A stretch of 64,000 nucleotides of DNA from Lingula anatina (taxonomy: Eukaryota > Animalia > Brachiopoda). The notes under the pieces were generated by a model. The model made no database searches and had not been told where the DNA came from. It was given only the letters and a program-made list of their open reading frames with translations. The stretch's first letter is position 1, and each line of letters begins with the position of its first letter. Position numbers and translations under genes: made by a program. Of the stretch, positions 12,101 to 20,367 are shown in pieces. The DNA lies in contig CM120643.1 of the NCBI GenBank assembly GCA_051362555.1, positions 23,812,848 to 23,876,847 of the forward strand, in the 5' to 3' direction.

Positions 12101-14886
12101 AAAGAAATTGGTTGGATTGTGGTTAACCCAATTCTTCCCCGTGTTTTCAACTTTTTAACCTTCCCCTCCACAGTAACTCATGGGGGTGTATCGATCAGGC
12201 TTTCTTTAACAGGTTAGAAATATGGCAGACCAACAAAATTCAGTTGACTGTGTCGAATGCGGGAGTTCCTTTATCTCCAGACAGAACGATAAATATAAAA
12301 TTGCTAAAGGTAGACCGCCCATACCTTCTTTCTCGCAGATGTACGGGATTTTATACGTGTGACACGGCCTGTCGTTCCATTTTCCGTTGGTCAAGAACTC
12401 TGCGCAGTCTTCATCACTGTCCTTGTCATTGGGCTCTCCAGGGCTCCAATCTACAATGTACGTATCGTAATTGTAATAGTAATAGGGTAGTTATAATTTG
12501 AGGCAGAGAAACAGATTTAAGAGGCCCTTTTTACATTGTTTTACTAGCCTGGAATTTTATTTGTGCAAGACATGAAGCGTTCGCATGTCCATATTTTCAT
12601 AATACCAATTTTAGTTAAGTTGTCTCGATTAGGAACGGGAAAGTTCCGGTGGTAATGGTGGCCAAAGTGTGAATACATGAATGTCACCGATGAAAAATGG
12701 ACTAACGGTATGTTTAGCTTTCTTGCTTTCCAAATCGTATTTTTAAATAGTACACTGACACTGGATGCACTGTCCACTTGAAAGTTTTTGTTTGACAGTT
12801 ATAAAACATCATACGGGGCGAATCGGTGAGATAAGTTTTTAAATAAAGAAAAATGAGGATTGCAGTTAAGATTTGGTCGATTGGAGATAAAAAAGCAAAC
12901 AAAAATTAATCAAAATATATTAATATATTAATCAGCAAATGATGTTCACTTCAAATAATTTTTTTGTCAATTTTTTATCGATCGAAACAAAAAAGAAGGG
13001 GTAAACATGTCCTTCGAGACTTATGTTTAAACTATATTTACCTCTTCATCCCCACCCCCTCCTACCTCGATACTATGCGTCAGGAGACAATAACTAATTG
13101 TTTTTGACCGTGGGAATCCAAACTACCATTGATATCCCCGATTCCAGATTCTGATACGTTTGACACTCCACCAGAAGCCGGTCCGATGTGACAGGGAGCC
13201 ATTATCCAGAGGTCAGCGCCAATATTACTTCAAGATAACCCGGTATACACTCCCCCGGCACACTGACGAAGATCTAGATATTGTTCTGAGTTGCTGATTG
13301 AGATGTGATGCCCCCCTGACTACAACATAGTTTTGATAGTTTTGAGGAAAAGCTTATTCCAAAACTCTAAACCTCCCCCCCCCCCCCCCCATATACCCGC
13401 CATTTTGAACTGCTGTGGTCTCTTGCTGATCGATTAGAAAATAGCGTATTAAGGTGAATATTCAGAAAGAGAAAGTTCACTTAAAATATTGGTGATTGAT
13501 TTGAATTGAGGCCATTGATTATTGTTTATAACTTTTTGGCTTCTGGACCTTTCAGTTAACTTAGGTATGTTGTTCAGAGACAAGTGTAAAGCCCATCGCA
13601 TTGCGATGACACTTTTACTATACTATAACTAAAAAGCTTCATTATTGCTTTTTCTTTTCTTATTAGAATGTCTCAACGTCTACTTACTGGTATATTTCAG
13701 AGCTTTCCCTGCTGCAGTAAGCCACGTTTTCTCCGCCCTTCTGTCAGTCACCGCCATCCAGGCCACGCCCCATTTCTTTCCCAAGATGAAGTTGTTTTCT
13801 GCGGCACTATCCGGAACGAGGAGGTCGCCTCCCTTGACGAGACAGTCACGGCGGGCATCATCAAAAGTTTTAGGGGTACTTACGTATAAATATTCTTTAT
13901 TGTCATATTCGACCCAGGCTCCTTTAAAAGAAAAACAAATAATGATGATAATTAAATAAGAGAATAACATTTCTTTATTGTTGTCTTTGGTTCTTGAAAT
14001 CTCAGCCTCGAAAAAAAAAATTATCTCTTGATAAACTCCTTTCTTGAAGACTTAATTCTTCTCATAGAGGATACACTCTCAAAAAAATTGCTACAAATGA
14101 CACCTCTGTTCTTTGAAACTATACTTTCAAAATAGAATTAAAGCAACAAAGCCATCGTTGGTAACTATTTCTGGGAACTTTACTAAGTGTGTTTAAAGTC
14201 ATATAATAACTGACTCAAGTGCACTATTTAATTGACAGGTTTTGGCAGACTAATCCCCTCTCCCCCTCCCCGACCAATCCTCCCACTCGGAACCCCCATG
14301 TATAAAGTAGTGGGTGTAGATTTTTGACTTTGTGCTCATTATAGCCAGGTTCGATATAACGTGGAACTGTAACGTTGTTCCCTCCACTAATTCATGTAGG
14401 ACTCACGTTTAATATAACGTGAAGACCATATTCACCTAGAGTGGTCACCACGTGGTATCCACGTGCTTTTCTTGCCTTGGAGTTTCACGTAAGTTTTTAT
14501 AAAGTCTACAAGATAGGTATGCTATAGATAAGTCTAATGTTTTGTAAAATGAGATTCTTACAGATTTATCGATAATATTCCCCATAAACTACTACCAACA
14601 ATTTCATCATCTAGCATATTCACATAACATTTTGGTTAATAGTGCTTGATTTTATTTAAGAAAAAAACAGTTCAATTTAAAATTTCGTTCATTTTACATA
14701 ATTTGTTGAATAGGATAGTTTAACCATCTTAATGATTCCAAGGTACATCTTTGTCGAAATATTGCGTCATCTGAATCCTGTTAAACGGGAAAATTACACG
14801 AAATACCCACCTGCTCTTTTGTTCCTCACTGAGGCGCAACTTGCCAGCGCCAATCCACATAAAAATACCACTAGGGTTTTAGCCAT
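67..14886 (-). CDS. Multi-exon secreted CTLD-VWA-TSP1x3-VWAx3-ShKTx2-VWC mosaic extracellular protein (3' end lies outside the window)
   Basis: 23 GT-AG exons join in frame (4031 nt, at least 1343 aa): 14886-14811, 13921-13688, 12450-12325, 11936-11712, 11085-10744, 10457-10440, 10150-9977, 9723-9553, 9311-9141, 7117-6557, 6226-6161, 5906-5604, 5017-4754, 4506-4465, 4259-3921, 3717-3490, 3281-3249, 2812-2687, 2486-2355, 2021-1995, 1748-1631, 1280-1141, 181-67. Splice phases match at every junction. Confidence 0.9.
560..631 (+). tRNA. tRNA-Cys-GCA: tRNA-Cys (anticodon GCA)
   Basis: 72-nt cloverleaf: acceptor GGGGGTA/TGCCCCC, D stem GCTC/GAGC, anticodon loop CTGCAGA (GCA at 592-594), T arm CCCGG-TTCAAAT-CCGGG, discriminator T. 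Confidence 0.97.
638..642 (+). terminator. RNA polymerase III terminator (T5) of tRNA-Cys
   Basis: TTTTT starting 7 nt after the tRNA 3' end. Confidence 0.75.
1141..1280 (-). CDS. Exon 22: VWC-like domain, second part
   Basis: [26 protein letters not shown]. Confidence 0.88.
1631..1748 (-). CDS. Exon 21: VWC-like domain, first part
   Basis: [28 protein letters not shown]...YQC. Confidence 0.88.
1995..2021 (-). CDS. Exon 20: 27-nt micro-exon
   Basis: STNTITGGY; TTTCAG acceptor and GTAAGT donor; phase 1-1. Confidence 0.75.
2355..2486 (-). CDS. Exon 19: ShKT domain 2
   Basis: [33 protein letters not shown]. Confidence 0.88.
2687..2812 (-). CDS. Exon 18: ShKT domain 1
   Basis: [33 protein letters not shown]; six Cys ending CxxxCGxC. 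Confidence 0.88.
3249..3281 (-). CDS. Exon 17: 33-nt Pro/Thr linker micro-exon
   Basis: [11 protein letters not shown]; TTTTGCAG acceptor and GTTTGT donor; phase 1-1. Confidence 0.75.
3490..3717 (-). CDS. Exon 16: VWA domain 4, second part
   Basis: VITDGKSN...VFAIGVG...[10 protein letters not shown]. Confidence 0.92.
3921..4259 (-). CDS. Exon 15: VWA domain 4, first part
   Basis: [28 protein letters not shown]...YTRGGT. Confidence 0.92.
4465..4506 (-). CDS. Exon 14: Pro/Thr linker (42 nt)
   Basis: [14 protein letters not shown]; TTTTTCAG acceptor and GTAAGT donor. Confidence 0.85.
4754..5017 (-). CDS. Exon 13: VWA domain 3, second part
   Basis: [20 protein letters not shown]...[10 protein letters not shown]. 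Confidence 0.92.
4968..5255. repeat. Degenerate tandem duplication (about 145 bp) spanning the exon 13 acceptor
   Basis: 5111-5255 (CCTTCGGTCATTATAACACCAATGTCAACCACATAAGGTCGGTTTCCCCTTGGCTG...ATTCACGAA) is a diverged copy of about 4966-5110. Confidence 0.8.
5604..5906 (-). CDS. Exon 12: VWA domain 3, first part
   Basis: [22 protein letters not shown]...YTPGGTET. Confidence 0.92.
6161..6226 (-). CDS. Exon 11: Pro/Thr linker
   Basis: [22 protein letters not shown]; TTTCAG acceptor and GTGAGT donor. Confidence 0.85.
6557..7117 (-). CDS. Exon 10: VWA domain 2 (single exon)
   Basis: [17 protein letters not shown]...GGTNT...VMTDG...FAIGIG; complete domain. Confidence 0.93.
7620..8640 (+). pseudogene. 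Degenerate Tc1/mariner transposase (intronic fossil)
   Basis: Motif remnants with stops and frameshifts: [21 protein letters not shown] (cf. W..V.FSDESRF), [15 protein letters not shown] (cf. QQDNARPH), [16 protein letters not shown] (cf. WPS.SPDLNPIE), PKKCLA. Boundaries approximate. Confidence 0.75.
9141..9311 (-). CDS. Exon 9: TSP1 repeat 3
   Basis: [41 protein letters not shown]. Confidence 0.92.
9553..9723 (-). CDS. Exon 8: TSP1 repeat 2 (not in ORF track)
   Basis: Manual translation: [57 protein letters not shown]. Confidence 0.9.
9977..10150 (-). CDS. Exon 7: TSP1 repeat 1
   Basis: [40 protein letters not shown]. Confidence 0.92.
10440..10457 (-). CDS. Exon 6: 18-nt micro-exon (VPKPPP linker)
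   Basis: Pyrimidine tract ...TTTCAAG|TTCCAAAGCCACCTCCAA|GTACGT; phase 1-1. Confidence 0.7.
10744..11085 (-). CDS. Exon 5: VWA domain 1, second part
   Basis: [12 protein letters not shown]...IVMTDGSS...FAIGIG...[10 protein letters not shown]. Confidence 0.92.
11307..11543. mobile_element. Tc1/mariner-type MITE
   Basis: About 27-bp TIRs CACACACTGGGCAATGGAAGTGTCACC / GGTGACACTTCTATTGTCCAGTGTGTG (2 mismatches), flanked by TA on both sides. Confidence 0.85.
11712..11936 (-). CDS. Exon 4: VWA domain 1, first part
   Basis: [23 protein letters not shown]; MIDAS DxSxS motif. Confidence 0.92.
12325..12450 (-). CDS. Exon 3: C-type lectin domain, C-terminal half (EPN, WND)
   Basis: [41 protein letters not shown]. 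Confidence 0.92.
13688..13921 (-). CDS. Exon 2: C-type lectin domain, N-terminal half
   Basis: [46 protein letters not shown]...WMAVTD; AG/GT boundaries. Confidence 0.9.
14811..14886 (-). CDS. Exon 1: signal peptide plus furin-type site
   Basis: [25 protein letters not shown] then donor GTGGGT, phase 1. Hydrophobic core followed by R-N-K-R. Confidence 0.85.
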
Positions 14887-16660
14887 TACGGCTGCCAGAA
14901 GCCAGAAACAGCTATTTTACTCAGAACGTCCCTTGCGTAACTAATTTGGTAACGTCGCAAAAGGAGACTGTTGCTCAAATTGCGCCGGTGAGGACTCGTA
15001 TGGGCACTTGTCTTTCTCGAAAATCTTTCTGCCAGATCTGTTTGCCAAGTAATCTATCGCTTTATCTATTTACTGAATGATAGCTCACGGCTTCTAATGT
15101 TAGCGTTATGCATGTTCCTTTGGCCAACTAGGTCCTTGCTTGCCCTGTCCAGGCATATTGAAGTTGGGAGCCTCCTCGTACATCTAGTTATAGATTCTGT
15201 CCCGGTATGAAGAATTCAATCAAACTGATAATGAGATATGAACCTCTTGTTTGTCTCAATGCAGGACAATATATAGGTTTCTGTTTACCAAAGACAACCC
15301 TTCTGACGGTCACTGATAAAGCTTGTCAACGCGACACTGATTAATACATATAAAATTGCCATCTCATGGTTCCTATCAGAAATTAATCCTCTATGCAAAA
15401 ACCAAATTCTGTCTTGACCTAGAAGAATTAATTTCTTCTTTTCTTTTTTTTGTGATTTATATATTTACTGTTACAGTCAATTTGTGTATTTCCCACTAAA
15501 ATATGTTGCCCATATAACTATAGTTTCATGAAAAGACATCTGGAAGATATATCTAAACTACAATGTTCAAATAATTACCGAAAACATTCTTAACTGGAAA
15601 ACAACAAAATTAATGAAAATGAAAATGTGTTTGAGATCAGACCGCTTGACCTCTTGCGTGTGTCGTTAGTCTTTGCTGGATATGAAGGGGGGGGGCAGCT
15701 GTCTTAGCCCTTTTCCATAACACAATGGCGGAACTAGGCCTCGAGTAGAAAGGGGGTGGAGGGGGGGTACGGCTGATCTGATGGTCAAAGATATACTGCA
15801 CAAGGTCTGAAATTGTTTGTCTTCCACATTTTCCCATACTTACCAATGGTTAATGAATCCATTTTTACATTCAAAGTTAGTCCCTGGTTTTTGTCTAAAA
15901 AGTTTTTTTTTTTTTGTTAAAATCTCTTAAGAGATTATAACAGAGTATAGCCATCAATGGAGGTCACGTGGTCTGAAGACAAGCTCAAATATCAGAATAA
16001 TAGCTATAACTGCCGTTTTTGTGGTAAAACAGAATACATTATATTATATTTCTATGAGTTATTCACAATGTTTTTATTGTGAAATATAGACCTCATACGA
16101 AGAGTTATTATCCCTTTAAGGTAGATTATTTGGAATCTTCAGTTCTGTTTACAGTCAGAATGGATATACCTAACTAGGTACAACCCATTTCAGCAAGTCA
16201 TTTGGTTATGGCTATACTTTGACAATCCGATTTAACAGTATACGACTTGCCTCTATTCAGAGGGTGGTACAACAGAGACATTAGATCCGTTGCCAGTGAG
16301 GAACTAATCTTAATAAGACGGACCATGGGATTGGTCCGATACAAGAAAGGTCGACCAAACACTGTTGGGAACTAACCTTGTAACATCAAAGATATGGTTT
16401 GGGTTGGGACGGGTAAAGTAAATATACAGCGTATCAGAACTTGTCAGTTTTGATATAGAAGTTATTTTGTTGATTGTATGTTGTATCATGTAGTACCCAG
16501 TTATGTGAGAATTCGAAATATTTGCTAATTTTAATTATCACAATACCATGGCCTCCGTGAAATAAAAAAATCGAATAAGGTATTAGTTCTATTTGAACCT
16601 CCCTCAGTTGAGATACTGTTTATTGTTGTTTTATTTGTAAACAAATTCTATTAATTCCTG

Positions 16661-16747
16661 TGTATGCGTGTGTGTGTGTGCGCGCGCGCGCGCGTGTGTG
16701 TGAGAGAGAGAGAGAGAGGGAGAGAGAGGGAGAGGGGGGGGGGGGGG
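16661..16747. repeat. Compound microsatellite (TG)n(CG)n(TG)n(AG)n plus G run
   Basis: Read directly; alternating purine-pyrimidine tract followed by a polypurine tract. Confidence 0.9.
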
Positions 16748-16859
16748 TCAGATATGGTTGTATCAACTAAGGCCAGGGGGACAGGCCGCAATAATTTCAA
16801 AATGTGAAGAGTTGTTCTTGCTCACCTAACACAATTAAGAATCCCAGCTGTTCTTTTTT

Positions 16860-17275
16860 TTACCTCCTTCAAGGAGGTTATGTTTTCACCCCTGTTTGTT
16901 TGTTTGTTTGTTTGTCATCAACATAACTAAAAAAGTTATGGATAAATTTCGATGGAATTTTCAGGGTAGGTCAGAAATGAGTTAACTTAGAAGTGATTAG
17001 TTTTTGGTGGTGATCCGGATGAAAAATCAATCAGAAATGAATAATCAAAAATAAAAAACTAAGTTATGGACCGATTTTGATGAAATTTTCAGGAACTGTC
17101 AAAAGTGGCCCAAGGAACAGATGATTAATTTTGGTGGTGATCCGGATCAATAATCAATTATCAAAAATTAAAAAATCTAAATCATTATAGAATGAAAATT
17201 TAGGGGTGAAACGGCATTGGGTGGAGACTTCGCTGCCTTGGCGGAGGTCTGCGCTTTCGGAGTGCTTTTCTAGTT
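16860..17275 (+). mobile_element. Non-autonomous Helentron (HINE/DINE-1-like) element
   Basis: 5' subterminal IR ACCTCCTTCAAGG with partial self-IR GGAGGT, (GTTT)n tract, internal repeats (GGTGGTGATCCGGAT x2), 3' CCTTGGCGGAGGT, hairpin GCGCTTTCGGAGTGC, CTAG end, T-rich flanks. Confidence 0.8.
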
Positions 17276-17805
17276 AAACAGTAGGCTTATTTTTACTCTT
17301 CACACACACTAGGAGGTTATCTCGCATAAAAAAGAAATGTGCCAAATGTAATTGTGAAGCATTATATCACTAAAACATCAGATTTCTACAACACAAACCG
17401 GATCGGATGCTTATAACTCGATCTTTTGCAGGATCTACTTGTACACGTCCTACGAATAGTGCATTTTATTCGTTCATTTTGAAAATTCACCTAGAAGAAT
17501 GAAAAATGCAAGGATCGCCAGTGATCATTATAACGAAGTTAAAGTACCGAAAACGATAAATTCAGTATCAAGGAGTAATCTGTCATCTTTGCCCCCCCCC
17601 CCCCCCCCCCACCCCCCGCAAACACACTCATTTCTGCCATTGGTTTATCCGATTGTGGCAGCTGTTAGTCATAAATGTACCTGTTGCACTCAAAAGTGAT
17701 TGAGCACTTTCTCAACTTACATAATTCCTTTCACAAAAACAAACCAATGCGAGTACTTTTTCCCTTGCCAATAAAAACACCAAAGCCACATAAATAATTT
17801 AAAAC

Positions 17806-17811
17806 TTTATT
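17806..17811 (-). promoter_or_regulatory. Candidate polyadenylation signal of MYLIP
   Basis: AATAAA on the minus strand followed downstream by a GT-rich tract (TGTGGCTTTGGTGTTTTT); implies a 3'UTR of about 2.35 kb. Confidence 0.5.
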
Positions 17812-19374
17812 GCATTGCTATGGCTACAGTACAAAACAGTTAAATATTCAATGACAAGAAAAAGAATAAAAACTGAAATGACAAGAGTTAAACTGCTGCA
17901 ATCTTCAAAACAGATCATTTGACTGAAAACCTCCCAACAGATACCACATCTTCATATATAACATTGCAGGGGGGGGGGGGGGGGTAACTTTAATATCAGA
18001 AGACGGTCCCTGTTTGTTGGCAATGGCACGGCTTTGGTTTTGAAATTGCACCAAATGAGTTACTTCTCGTGTTTATATCCATATGAATAATTATAGGAAC
18101 AAAACACGATGCCACAGTAGTACCTTTCTTCCTAAAAAAAAAAAAAAAAAAAAAAAGCTTCTGATTCTTTCTCTTACACTGATTCTTTCTCTTACACTGG
18201 GATTGAAACTTTCACAATGTCCTTAAAATGTCGGACACATTCTAAAATTGGAACCTCACTTATGAAGCATAATCAATCGACAGTACTTTTTTTACAAGAT
18301 ACATAATGAGATCACTAATGTAAAAACAACAGAGATATAATTATTGCTTGCTCCATAACACATTACTTTTGTAAGATAAGTAAATACATTTTAAAATCCC
18401 TTTAAGCCTGGGCAGAGATTTTGGTGCTCTTGCTCTAACATTTGAGGTGTTTTTGTCTTCAGTAGCTGGCACAGATCCTGAAGAAATGTAATAGCACCTT
18501 GGAATACATTAAGATCAGACAGACACAAATACAGACCAAGTGGTAAATTTCTAGGTGATATGATTTCCTCTCAGTGCAGCAGATGCATGTCATTTTTCAT
18601 TTAAAAGTGCATTTTCCAGAGTAACCACATTCAAGTCCTTTGTCAATCTGTATCATAACAAGATTCTTATGTACATTAACTGAAAAAAAAAACATATTAA
18701 GGGCTTGTATGCAGCCACTTGTGAAAGATCACATTTTCACTGTAGAAAACACGTCTCTGATTGAAAGCCACTTTTAGTTGAGGATGTCAATACTGATATG
18801 GAGATTTCTTCAACTATAAATAATTAATCTTCTTATCAACTGAAGTAAAGAAAAGAAATTAAAAACCAAAGATCAAGAAATAAAATTAATGAAAAAAAAC
18901 TATACACTTAATTAAACATATATATAAAAAGAATAACCCTAAAGTGCAGAGGATTCTCTAGAGATTAATCAAGGAGATACAAATCAAATACTAAAGAACA
19001 AGTGATGACAATATGAAGTGATGACAGTTTATAATAAATAAGTTTATATGACAATTACTCTTTTTTTAGTTTGATTAGCGTCAGTCAAAGCATACTAACT
19101 ACTCAACTGCCCAGCAGTTTATTTCATAGCACCAAAGTCACTTTCAAAAAGGCAGTCTTTGCAAGTGCCCAACAAAATGCTCTTAAATCATTTTGACACT
19201 TAAAATGTCAAATGAGGGACACTACTCCACTGATTTGGTATCAGCACTTTCACTACTGACATCTCTGCCATTCTCCACATCGCTGTAGGTGTCGATCCTT
19301 TTTAGCACTCCATTTTCATTGCAGCTCATTACAATCTCTTCCCACTGAAGTTCAAGCACTATGTTTTCCCACTT

Positions 19375-19433
19375 AAGTGTTAAACGTTAACACAAGTGTT
19401 AAACGTTAACACAAGTGTTAAACGTCACACAAG
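19375..19433. repeat. 19-bp near-palindromic tandem repeat, about 3 copies
   Basis: AAGTGTTAAACGTTAACAC repeated. Confidence 0.85.
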
Positions 19434-20142
19434 AGTTCTGCCACTTCATCTTGTCATTTAACTCTCTGGTGCTAATACCCCACACATAAGCACTTTATGC
19501 TCAGTGTTTCAGTCAAGAAAAGTCACTTCTTCAATTTAGCCTGGCAAATATATGCCATTGTTTCAGTGAAAATTAACACAGAGAAAGAGTGTAATATCTC
19601 CAGTCTTCTTCTGTTAAGAATTATTCTCCATCCTTATGTGCTACATAATGATGATGACAATGACAATGATGATGATAATAATGAGTTTCTTTTGAAAAAA
19701 AATCTCTTGAAAATAAATTTTGGGTATGTTGAAAACAAGGGGGGGGGGATTTCCCCAACAATGTAAATCTTTTTGAATCTATTCTAAGTGTCCTTGTTAG
19801 GTACAGCCACAAAAAATATGTATTAAAAGTGACTTCCACAGCGTATGACACTATCAATTGTAGTCATAAATTCAGCACCAAATAAGTGCCAATATAATAT
19901 CATGAGGAAAATTGGAATCCCTTCATCAAATTTTCCCTATCTGTGGAAAGCACCTGGATAGATCAGAATCTTTTTTTTTTCAAAAATGGGCTTCAAAATA
20001 CTCCCAACACAATACAAATGGGGTCTGTCCAGTTCTTTTTTTCACATTTATGCCTTCTTTTCATGTCTTTGTGTACAAATATAGCTGTAGCGGATCATTC
20101 AGATCTCAGGGAAATCACAGTCATATCACAATTTCTCTGTTA

Positions 20143-20367
20143 TTACAGTTCCAGCGTGCACATTTCTTCCTGTGGCACGATGCGCTGAATGCTCTCAATT
20201 GGTGCGCGACAAATCGGGCAGTGGTCAAGACGACGCATGCACGAGTGACAACAAACGGTGTGACAACAGGGACCAAATGTGATGTCAATGTTGGCATCCA
20301 TACACACACGGCACAACAATGATTCTTCCTCCTCCACCTGCGTGTACGGACTGTCTTGATGCTCCAT
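20143..20367 (-). CDS. MYLIP: MYLIP exon 6 (RING domain, stop codon)
   Basis: [37 protein letters not shown], then TAA. Confidence 0.92.
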   Translation of the reverse strand: MEHQDSPYTQVEEEESLLCRVCMDANIDITFGPCCHTVCCHSCMRRLDHCPICRAPIESIQRIVPQEEMCTLEL

